A stretch of 64,000 nucleotides of DNA from NCBI GenBank assembly GCA_024704765.1, contig JAKMXF010000343.1:744001-808000 (forward strand), written 5' to 3'. The position numbers and the translations under genes are program-made. Shown one piece after another: positions 12,104-23,177 of the stretch. The stretch's first letter is position 1. Each line of letters starts with the position of its first letter. This DNA comes from Oopsacas minuta (lineage: Eukaryota > Animalia > Porifera). Under the pieces are notes generated by a model. The model saw only the letters and a list, made by a program, of their open reading frames with translations, had not been told where the DNA came from and did not search any database.

Positions 12104-14751
12104 CAGGGTGTCCAGAAATTAATGTCACCTTAAATTATGTTAAGAATAAGAAAATACCAGTGTACTATTGAATTCATTTATTTCCCAATATAACCACCCT
12201 CCAATTCTAACATTTTTTAATTCTATTGGACATTCCTGTAACTAGATTCTCGAGACAAGATGGATCAATGTTGGACCAGGCCATTTTTAGAGATATCTTA
12301 AGGTTTTCTAGGTTATTTGATTGAGGCAACTCGTCAAGTCTCTGTTTGAGAATTGACCAAAGATTCTCAATTGGATTCAGGTCTCGAGAGTTACCTGGCC
12401 ACTTCTCTTTAGCCCAGAATTTGGTAAGTGGTTTTTACACCAATCTGAGTAATGTTGGCTCTGTGGGGTGGAGCACCATCTTGCATCAATATGGCCTTCA
12501 AAGGGTCGGCTATCATTCTCTTTTCGAGTATTGTCCCTGTTTTTCGCTTGCGGTTTAGTGCATCTTTACAGGTTTTGGTCAGTATTTCAGACACATACAG
12601 GGTGGCCCCAAAGTTCTGTCCCATCTTTTAATGTACAAGGAAATGAAGATACTAGAATCACTATACACGATTTAATGTTGTAATCGAAGCAATTGAGTCA
12701 GTATTAGAAATGTTACTAAGTATATTCCTGGTTCACTTCCTCTAGCACTTAGTTAAGCTAATGGAAGTCGAGAGAGCAGGAATTATTCATCTATTTGAAA
12801 ATGGTAAGGCTCCAGGAGAAATTTTAAAGTTGCTCAATATGCCCAGGAGTCGACGGAAGTTTGTATATTGGAAGATCCAGAGGTGCAAGCAAACAGGGGG
12901 TAAAGGATAAGGCTAGATCCGGTCGTCCTTCCTCAGTCACGACTCCCAGGCTTGTCAAGAGAGTACGGGAGCGAATTCGAGTTAACCCGCGTCGATCCAT
13001 GAGGAAGATGGCTGTAGATCTTCAGATGTCACGCCATTCCATACAAAACGTCGTGAATACTAAGCTGGGAATGTATTCCTTCAAAAGAAAAAGGTCCATC
13101 ATCTAACAGACCAAATTAAGCAAACGATAGTCTAGATGTAAAGGGTTGTTTGAGCGGCACGGAAATCACGGTCTCGAAACTATTCGGTTTTCCGATGAGA
13201 AGATATTCACTATTCAGGAGTTACAAACGCTCAAAATGACAGGATTATATCGACAACACGTTCTAGTATCCCAGAAAAGTATCGATACGTGAGTCGCATA
13301 CAGAAACCTCAAACTGTAATGGTATGGGCTGGTGCCTTGGCAACTGGTCGTATACCATTGATATTGGTCCCCCCTGGAGTAAAAATAAATGCAACCACCT
13401 ATCGGAAGTTTACCTTGGAGCCCGTATTACAGAATCTAGGTCAAACAATGTTAAATGGAGAACTGTTTATATTCCAGCAGGATGGAGCGGCGGTTCATAC
13501 CGCCAATAGTACCCAAACCTGGCTCCAACACAATTTTCCAGGATTTTTCAGAAGGCAGAATGGCCTCCCTATAGTCCAGACCTGAACCCGATGGACTTTG
13601 CAATCTGGTCCATCCTGGAGGCCAATGCTTGCGCCAAGTCTCATACTTCTGTCGAGTGTTTGAAGCGGTCTTTGACAAGGGAGTGGACCAAAATACCTCA
13701 GGAAAGCATTCGTGCCGCGGTTGATGCGTTTTCTGGACAATTGAGAGCCGTAGTTAAAAACGAGGAGGTTATATTGAGTAGTAAAAATTATTTTTATTTC
13801 TGATAGCATACTGTAAGACGAGTAAAAATTGCCAGCCTATAGCATTCAATTTAGGCAAGTTATTCCACTTTATCAATGGGACAGGACTTCAGGGCCACCC
13901 TGTAATAAGAAGCATTCACAGTTCGTTTGGGTGGCACAAAGTGTATTTTTGATAGTGCCTGATGGCTCATCATGCCCTACGCCATGATTTTCTGCGGGAA
14001 TTTAACCGTTTCCTGAGGGAGAACATCTGAAGAATCATGACACCAGACACGATCATTTTGATGATTGGATGAATGCAAAAGTTCGAAGGGTGGCTCATCT
14101 GTCCAGAGAATACATTTCCAATCATCCACTGACCACACACTGTATTTTTGACAGAATTTCAGTCTGTTTGTCTTTAGCTTTCCGGTCAATTTTGGCTGTT
14201 TAGGTCGTTTGAAGGCCTTAACTCCCAGGGATTTGTATAAATATGAGTGCACAGTGCTCTTGGATATAGAATACCCCACAGATTTCAGTTTGCACTCAAT
14301 CTTCTTGTGGATTAGTGACGTTTTCCAAGAGATTTGCCAATAATCATCTTGGCCACCGGATTCAGCAAGGATGGGCTACCGGCACCAGGTTTATGGTCGA
14401 GGCTCTGGTTACTGGTAATCTCTTCCACCGCCGTTTGGTCGTGCGAATATCCTTCCCTATCCTATTAGCAACTACTTTCTGAGTTAGTCCACCTTCCAGC
14501 ATGCCTATTGCGCGTGTACGGACCTCAGTGCTCATAATAACAACGCTAATCAGTTGAAAATATATAGTAAAATGAAAATCGAAGCAAAAATCACAATAAA
14601 AGTGAATTTTATAATGTATTTCAGTAAACAGAGATGAATGCTGCATAAAATTTACGAAATAGTGTATTCAGGCATATACGTACTAGTGCTAATCAATATA
14701 AGGTCAGTTAAGAAAAATATTATAATGTGACAATAATTTCCGGACACCCTG
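12104..14751 (-). mobile_element. Tc1-like element with DD37E spacing (TRT-like), split by a nested maT element
   Basis: TIRs cagggtgtcc(a/g)gaaatta(a/t)tgtcac with TA on both sides. Motifs MSTEVRTRAIGML, ILWTDE, QDGAPPH...WPGNSRDLNPIE. The D-to-E spacing is 37 after repairing two 1-nt deletions. The frame NASY|YVSEIL is continuous across the nested insert. Confidence 0.88.
12598..13902 (+). mobile_element. DD37D (maT-type) transposon, full length (1305 bp), frameshifted
   Basis: TIRs cagggtggccc..aagt(t/c)ctgtcccat and TA duplication. Motifs FSDEKIF, VMVWAG, QQDGAAVH...WPPYSPDLNPMD, with 37 residues between the aspartates after one frameshift repair. Confidence 0.92.
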
Positions 14752-15057
14752 TAGAAAAGGAGCGAGGATATCGAGATTCTGTGGAGGTTCCGGAGAAATT
14801 AAATATTGACTTACAATCATCGAGGGTAAAACATGTAAAGGAAAGCATTTGTATCTTATGTAGAATGGCCAAGAATTTAGTGTAGCAGCAGAATGGACCT
14901 TGGGTCAAATGGGTTTCATAAACTGATGAGGTCAAAACCATAGGTTAGTTATAGTCCCGTCTAGTATACAGGGCCATCATTTTTGAAACTGTAGTGTATT
15001 GTTTGAGTAAGCAAAATATAATCAACATGTGATATTTAACTTTCTACATGTCATTAG

Positions 15058-17991
15058 CACAATGGCACGACAGGTGGAATTTGCGCAATATTTGACAGTG
15101 ATATTTTGATATCTAATTAATCCTATCTTATTCAGCATACTCGGAAACCCAGAAATACAGCATATAATGATATTTGATTGTTTTACTTTTGAACAATAGT
15201 TATTTCTAGATAAGTAACTTCAACATGATAAAACACAAAAATCAAGGTTTCTCAAAGTAGCCAAAGGAATTTGACACATATTCTTGTTTTAGTTATTTAT
15301 ATGAAAATTGTAGCCTGTCATATTGAAGTACTTTAAGTGGCCATTATAATGAAATACATGACTACTAAATTATAATATTAGCTTTTAGAATATACTAGGT
15401 AGAAATTCCAATAATTTTGGTGAATTTATGTTTGGTCAATTGAGTTTTAAATGACACAACTATCTTTGCCTGTTGTTGCCCGTTGTAAATTGGATTTTAT
15501 TTTGAAGAAAGTTATGTTTAAAACAAAATAAACTTAGTTCTAGCCTGGCGCAACTTGGCGCTAATTGAGTTTTGCAACTATTTCTACTGGTCGTCCCGTA
15601 ATTTACAGCCCTTTTGTTTGCAACGAATTTTATCTTATGGTTGATTATTAATTAGTTTCAATTTTACTCCGTCCTAATGAACAACAAAGAAGCCTTCAAT
15701 TTCTATATATGTCCAACTCGGAGAAAGCGTTTAGTACGATTGCTCGTGAGTTTATTTCTAAATATAATCTTGGAGAGTCCAATTGTGACCTTTTCCGCCG
15801 AAAATTTTCAAATATTAAGTCTGAAAGAAAAATATATTTGAAAGAGAAGGACTTAGCAACTTGGGAGGAATTGCTCTTTTGTAGGGATCCTCAAATGGAT
15901 GACATTCCACAGTCTTCAAATGGAGCTAGACCCTTCAAGGAATCTACAGTTGTATTCGAGGAAGATTTTAGTCGAGTATCTCGGAAGCACATCAGCGAAT
16001 TAAGTAATAAAGGTATGCGATATCGATTAGCCAACCTGAGATTACATCTGGAAGCTGTCGCACAGCGGGAAGAAGTTTCACCTAGGATGATTTCTAGCTA
16101 CTTACTGTTGTTGTATTCACAGGAAGAGCATGATGTAGCACCGCTAGTATCAGCAAGAATGTAATTGCCGGGAGTCATGGATTAGTAAATTTCAACAGGA
16201 AACTCTCTTTAGATTCGTCTTGCTTACTAGACTAATTAGAAATTGGGAAGTCAAAATACATCGACCTAAGACGTATATTAACTAATGAGGATATCACTCT
16301 TCCTGGTTACAATAGAGTCGCAATCCATCGTTGTCAAATTTGCCTAATTGATGAGATGGAAATAGTGGAAAGAGAATATCCGGTTGGCATTGGCATTTCC
16401 TATCACACATTACTCACTCACACAGTGAATAGGATAATATCCACAAATACTCCCATTGACAGTGATGACCAACCACTTAAGATTCGGATATCTGATGGGT
16501 TAGATGGGTCAGGTTCCCACCGCGTTTATCAACAAGCAACTTCCCATCCCGATTTAACAACCAAGGACTTTCTATTATTTGGATTTAAGGTGCTTTCTAT
16601 CACCAATCACCAAGGAAAACTCCTCTGGAAGAACTCTGTTCCGAATTCCCCATTCTCGATAAGGCCAATAACCATACTTGCTCTTCAAGAAAATCTAGAA
16701 AATGTAGGCTTTCTTATGTCGATAATGGTTAACAAGGAGACTGAGTACATCGAAAATGATGGTCTAAATTTGATTAATGGTATCACTGCTAGTGTGCAAA
16801 TTTTGCGTTCGCAAATTGATGGAAAAATGGCTCAAATTTTGAGTGGTGCAGGAGGAGCTTGTTGTCAGTTTTGCACACCTACATTCGAGCAGATGCACGA
16901 TTTAACTTTTGTCCAGGATGGCTTTCCCATCAATAGGTTTATCAGTGATACAAAGATCATATTTGAAGAAGTTGATGAAGAGTGATTTCTCTCACTAAGT
17001 TCTAACGAAAGATTTAATCTTATGCATGCACTTTTATCTGATATAGACATGATCCCGGGTTCACTTTTACACGCATACCTTAGGTGTTTCAGTTGGTTTA
17101 TGTCTCTGGTAAGCCATCTAACTGCTGGAGTAACTAAATGGTCACCAACTTCTACTAAAGTCCAATACACCAAGAGTTTTATTTGCGGTTTGTTAAAAGA
17201 AAAGTTGAATTTGATGATTGATTGTGCTTCTTCACAAGGTGGAACTTCTACAACTGGAAATGTTGTGAGACGATGCTTAGTGAGGAAAGATGATAGTGAG
17301 AGAGACTTCCTATACTGAATTTTGACAGTATTACCATCAAATTGCAAACAAGTGATCACTGATATCCACACCTACCTTGGAGCCATCCTACGGGTATATA
17401 ATTCTAATAGAAGAATACACACAAACGAACTCTCATTAGTATGTCGCGAACTTTATCAGCTGATTTTGACGCAATTTTCTTGGGCTAACATAACCTCTAC
17501 AATGCACAAACTGTTAGCTCATGCAGCAAGCATTATTTCTGATTATAATGATGGTTATGGACTGGAACGTTATCAGAGTGTGGTCTGGAGTCAAGCAATA
17601 AGTTACTCAGAAGATTTAGAGAACTTTTGTCGAGGAAGTTTTCCTTTGAAGAAAACTTAATAGATGTTTTCCCACGGATCGTCTGCCAAAGTGATCCGAT
17701 TCTTCTACTAAACAGAAAGATGCGGAAAAGTACCTCAAGTAACAGCGATACTCTTAGTAGACAAGATCTTATTGCTAATTCCTTCATAATAGAGGATGAT
17801 TAAGTATATTTCTAAAAACTATATTGACATTCCAATGACGTCATAACTCGTGATTCCGAAGCTGTATATAAATTCTGATAGTGTAAATCTGTTGTATAGG
17901 GTAGATAACCTATACGTCAATAATACATCATAAATGCATATCTGTTACATAAATTGCTATTTCCACCAAACTGTCATTTCGTGCCACTGTG
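15058..17991 (+). mobile_element. Transib / RAG1-like DNA transposon, structurally complete (2934 bp)
   Basis: Ends CACAATGGCACGA (left) and CACAGTGGCACGA (right, reverse complement), 12/13 identical. Perfect 5-bp TSD ATTAG at 15053-15057 and 17992-17996. Contains one RAG1-core-like transposase. Confidence 0.95.
15709..17803 (+). pseudogene. Transib/RAG1-like transposase of about 690 codons, inactivated
   Basis: Catalytic and Zn motifs in RAG1 order: SDGLDGSG (first D), SQIDGK (second D), CCQFC, LLHAYLR, GGTSTTGN, TMHKLLAH, SECGLESSNKLLRRFR (E). Frameshifts near 16160 and 17570; in-frame stops at 16233, 16983 and 17316. Confidence 0.93.
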
Positions 17992-18040
17992 ATTAGAGAT
18001 AGAGTACTTATGAAGAACGAAAATGACACGTTTTTCCATT

Positions 18041-18506
18041 TTAACACCTACGACGGAATTATGACGTCAGTGTTACCTTGTTGAAATTTCGAAAGATCAC
18101 ATTATTAACCACTGCTCAGCCAATATCATGATAGAAGCATGAAATTTGATCAAAGGTACTGCTCAATGTGGCAAATGTCCTGACGTCATGATTCTGACCA
18201 AAAGCTAACTCATCATGGAATTATTACGTTATCATGAGTGTTCACAAAAATCTAAAATTTCAGAATTTCTTAATACCTGAGGCACGAATTGCCGAAATTA
18301 CTAAAAAATAGCGATATAGCATCTCCAGTGTTACCACAGTAGGCCATCGAATGTAATTCGGATGGACCATGTATAAAAAATCTATAAAAATTGAACTATT
18401 CTGTCGCGTAGCTACAAATAACACTATAAAATAGAGCTGTTTAATACTTAAGCTCACCTGGAGCAGTAAGCAGTCGCGTAGCAGCCTAACAAGTGAAGCG
18501 CGCTAG
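18041..18506 (+). repeat. Non-autonomous repeat family B, copy 1 (Helitron-like 3' end)
   Basis: Shares the tgacgtcatgattctga.caaaagctaact...ggaattattacgtt block with 22838-23177 and 33940-34420. Ends ...aagtgaagcgcgCTAG. Confidence 0.55.
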
Positions 18507-19962
18507 CATATATGAATTGTATAAACCATATCCCATAAGAATAAAACGTGACCTGCAAGCAATGTAAGAAAATGACCTTCCGACACTCTGAAAATGGAAT
18601 AGAAAATCTGGGAGACAATGTAGGCAGCCGATATATAAGTAATGTGTATTTGTGTCCATGTTAGAACAGTGAACTCGAAATACGCTCTGGCTGTGTACAG
18701 TAAACGTGTACATAGATTTTCATCTATGTACACCAGACACGTAGTCCTAATAATAACGACATATTTGTTTATGATATACGATACGTGCAATATACTAATC
18801 ACTGTTTCAATTTTCTATGCTTTGAAGTTGGATTAAAAAGGTATAAAATTTTCAATTTGTGTGTTATCCTGCTGTATATTATAGTACCAGGATATTTCTT
18901 AGCATCCTGGAAAAACTAGTGAGTAGTTATGCTTAATTATATGCTAAACTCATTACAATCTCTCTCATATGAGTTGTAGTCACCTACTTACCTTGCCTTG
19001 TTTGGGATATTCCTAATCTGCAAGTTAATATTAGCACAACCTTTGTGCCTTCAAACGTTATACAAGGCAGAACTCCTTAAATTTTTACTCCATCTCCTCC
19101 ATGTATCACAAATTTTGAACGTTTTATAATACAAGAAGGATGGGGCTGTCACAGTTCGCATGCCACCCCTCGCCTTGTTACGTAATGTTTGAACTACCAT
19201 AATAATTCAAAACATGCTTGATATTTCGTCCCCGAAAGTTTTACGCAATACGGATTAATACAGATCCTTGCAATTTGAAGTGTCCCCCATATTTCCCCGA
19301 TATGAGGAACTTTTCTATTCAACTGACCGTCTTGCCCCACAATTCGGATTCATCATTCTAAAAGTGTAACCGTTTAGAATGAGTCTCAACATATAAATTT
19401 AATTTAGTAAATTATTTGTTACTAGATATATATTTCACCTAAAGCAACAAATACATTCAAAATGAAATCTGAAAATTGTGAAAATCGAATTCAGAACATT
19501 TGGTATGTTTAACTAAGTTTTATTGAATAATATATATTCTATTTGCATTCTTGATACATTTGATTAATTCCAAATTATACGAATTTGGGAATTGCGAATT
19601 CGAAATCTGAATAGCGTGTAGATGTACTACTATATTCTTCCTGACAAAGAACAAATGAACAAGCAGACATACAGTACACATAATAATTGGGAAATGATCA
19701 TAGACGTAGGAAAACTTTAATGATTGGGGGACCAAAAGTATGGATTATATCACTATAGATTTTCGAATATAAAACTAAAATTTACAATGAAGGTTTAAGA
19801 ATTTTCACTAGTAATAGCAGTATAGTAATACATAAATGCAAAATTAGTATTGGAGAAATAATCATAGTTAATGAAATGAAAAAATTCAAAATTTACAAAA
19901 CAGTGAACTCCTTTATCATTTACACCTACAAATTGGTCAGCTGCAATCAACTTTGGCAAATA

Positions 19963-21355
19963 CTTGGGGCATTCAAAAAGTTCCCATCCTTCGTTTATGG
20001 CAGCCAAACTCTACTCGATTACATGAAATGCAGAGTATATCCTAATAGTCCTATCGATTACCTATTTAATGCTGTTGAGCAATTCACTCTAGCTAGTATA
20101 TATCTTGATCTATCCTACTTTCAATTTTACTAATTTAGAGAGTCAACTTTTTCATGGCTTCAAAACACATATCAAGCAAAACCGAACAACGAGCTTACAT
20201 AAAGATTCGTACCGTACTCGGCGACAAACCACTCCAGATACATGAGCATCTCGTCACCGTTTATCATGAGGAAGCTCTAGCGTAACCCACAGTGAAGGAA
20301 TGAGTACGTAAATTAAAGGCTGGTAGGGGCAGCATTGAAGATGACCCTAGGAACGGAAGACCAATTGTTATTAGGTTCTAGTATTCTTGTCGTACAAGTT
20401 TTGGCTTTCATTCTCACTTAATACTGAACCAAAGGAATTAGCCTGCTACTAGTTTGTTCCTATTTCCTTCATTCAGACCTTACTTGAGTCGGACTGATGT
20501 ATACTATAAAATTCGGACAATTGCTTGGGCCCCTTTCTAATATCGATTATTATTTTAGTCATTAAATTGGTATCGTTGAAAAAGAAATTTATGGCCAAAC
20601 GAAAGCGAGGACAATTGGATACTTACTTAACTAAGAGTAATAGACTCTATACAGATTGTCAAGACAATTCGAGTTTAGATGAAGATGAGTTTATTGATAA
20701 CACTCATATAATACAATAATAATAACAAATTATAATTACTGAAAATTAGACTAAAATGCAGGGTCCGTGGAATTGTGATGAAGAAATTTGGAGCCGCGAC
20801 ATAGAAAAGTTTGAGAAACACTGCTCTACATCATATTTTTTGATGCGTATGGGCAAGTGGCTCAAATACCTGTGCCTAAACTAGAACGACTCATTGGAGA
20901 AATTTATGCAGATAAATACCTGAAAAGTCGAGAAAGTCTATAAAACACGACGCCCGCGTACAAGAACTCGAGGAATCAAACTTCTCCACGATGATGCAGA
21001 CCTCATGTTTCAAAATACGTTAGGGAAGTCATTGAGGATATCGGGTTTGAAAGGACAGAACATCCTCCCTATTCTCAGATCTATCACCTTGTGATTTCTG
21101 CCTATTTCCTGAGCTGAAAAACATCTCGGAGGAGGCTATTTCATACCCCATAATAGCTAGGAGACGGGATTTACTTGTACCTCAATTCAATGGACAGAGA
21201 CGAGTATTAAAAAATTTTCGAAGCGGTTGAAAGGCTACAACTATGCATAGATGCAGAGGGGGAGTATTTCGAACATTATATGGAGAAATTTGAGCAGTAA
21301 GTTGTTGTATTTTCAAGATATTAAACAAAGATGGGAACATTTTGAATGCCCTAAA
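19963..21355 (+). mobile_element. mariner element with both TIRs; central part replaced by unrelated sequence
   Basis: TIRs c(t)tggggcattcaaaaagttcccatc / gatgggaacattttgaatgccctaaa, flanked by TA. N-terminus MASKHISSKTEQRAYIKIRTVLG...EDDPRNGRP; C-terminus LLHDDARPH...HPPYS, CDF. About 20375-20837 is non-mariner. Confidence 0.8.
20520..20826 (+). mobile_element. hAT (Charlie/Buster-type) end fragment
   Basis: Terminus ...gaaaagtttgagaaacactgctcta, the same end type as at 33472. Confidence 0.5.
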
Positions 21356-21682
21356 TAATTTGGATAAAATATTTAATTCAAACAAGAACGCCACGCCTGG
21401 TTACGCTGCACGGTTTGCTAAAACTTCGTTTCCACATATGTTCAACAATCGTGACTGGGCTGAAGCTAAGTGTGAAAATAGCAAAATTTATACGATCTAT
21501 TAAAAAGTAATCATAGATAGAACAAAAATATCCAGGTATGCCATAAACTAGTCTTGGGAGTCTTCCAGTTACTTCAATCAACTCGGGGCAGACAAACTTA
21601 CATATATACACATTTAGATAGATATAAATAAATTAATTGCGTATGAATAGATAAATACTTTTATGTAACTTGTATATATATA

Positions 21683-22599
21683 CTCTAAGTGGACAAAAGT
21701 ATTCCAACACACGATTATATTGTCATCAATTGTATACTCTTTCCCGCTCCTATATATTATGTACTCTATATTCGTAGCTACTATCTAGTAATTTGTATAA
21801 AATAACATATGTTTTTCAATAATTACAAAAAAATATTTTCGATTTACACTTTTTGAAGGTGTTAATTATTAATAATTATTAGATAATTATTGACAATCAA
21901 AATATGTGGTAATTCAAAGCCTATTAAGAATCTATAATTTCTGACTTGATATTTGAATTCTACGTAGGCGAGTTACCCCATATTGAAATTTCCAATCGGA
22001 TTGAACAATTTTTACCAAAGTTATAGAAGAATTTCAATTTGTCCTACTTGTGCCACTTTTTGAAAAAAGTGGCACAAGTGGCAGGAAAAAGCGCCACTAC
22101 AAGGAAAGCAACTAGGGCTAGGAGGAATAAGTCGAAGTAATATTTTCGAATGATATGACTATGCTAACCCTTGAATTCCAAAATAACCTCTTGCTAGCGG
22201 CCACTTGTGCCACCTTGGGCAAAAGGTGGCAAAAAATGGCATAAATTGAAATTCATCTATAACTCTGGTGAAAATTGTTCAATCCGATTGGAAATTTTAA
22301 TCTGGGGTAACTCGCCTACGTAGAATTCAAATATCAAGTCAGAAATTATAGATTCTTAGTAGGCTCTGAATTACCACATATTTTGATTATCAATAATTAT
22401 CTAATAATTATTAATAATTAACACCTTCACAAAGTGTAAATCGAAAATATTTTTTTGAAATTCTTGAAAAACATATGTTATTCTATACAAATTACTAGAT
22501 AGTAGCTACGAATATAGACTACACAATATATAGGAGCGGGAAAGAGTATACAATTGATGACAATATTTTTGTGTGTTGAATACTTTTGTCCACTTAGAG
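21683..22599. mobile_element. 917-bp fold-back Tc1-type MITE, copy 1
   Basis: Inverted arms of roughly 360-400 bp around a short core; TA on both sides; end ctctaagtggacaaaagtatt. Homologous to 49931-50847. Confidence 0.9.
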
Positions 22600-22837
22600 T
22601 ATATTGTGCTCGGAATTGAATGAAAAAACTGGAAGACCCAAGGCTGATTTTGGGATAAGGGGTATTTTGAACGTGGCCCGGGCTATAGCGGGCTATTGCA
22701 CCAAATTCAAACCTATGACCAGATTATGGAGTCATTGTCACAATTTTGGATTTTCCAAATATTATATCACTAGCCACGGATCAGGGAATATATAATAGAA
22801 GTTAGGATACTGAATCACAGGTACACATTAATATGTG

Positions 22838-23177
22838 ACACGTTCTGACGTAATGGGATTATTACTTCATCATTCCTAGAAAACACATCAAAATTTCCAG
22901 AATTTCGATATTGGGAAAATTTCATGATACTCGAGGCACGATGTTCACAGATTACCAAACAAAAGCCATGGAGCAGCCCAAAAATTACCACAGAAGTGTA
23001 TTGAATGGAATTGGGATGACAATAGATTGTAAAAATTAACCTCGAGTTCGAGGTACATATTACTGAGTAAATCAGATCGCGTAGCGGCTAAGTCATCAAG
23101 AAATCTAGTTGGTTAATTACAAACCTAACCTGAAGTAATAGGCTGTCGCGCAAGGACCTAGCAAGCGAAGCACGCTA
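22838..23177 (+). repeat. Repeat family B, copy 2
   Basis: Homologous to 18041-18506. Ends ...cctagcaagcgaagcacgcta. Confidence 0.5.

Noticed and set aside
15058-15110. RSS nonamer (ACAAAAACC) at 12 or 23 bp from the heptamer
   Set aside because: Not present at either end.
15100-15700. Possible RAG2-like partner gene inside the Transib element
   Set aside because: Only about 600 bp of AT-rich sequence with no long frame on either strand; the 3' side has under 200 bp. No kelch or PHD signature.
19960-20206. A 247-bp segment duplicated at 38661-38906 that looked like a captured host exon (KFPSFVYGSQTLLDYMKC...)
   Set aside because: It is the 5' TIR, UTR and start (MASKHISSKTEQRAYIK) of a mariner family; the apparent ORF is in a non-coding frame.
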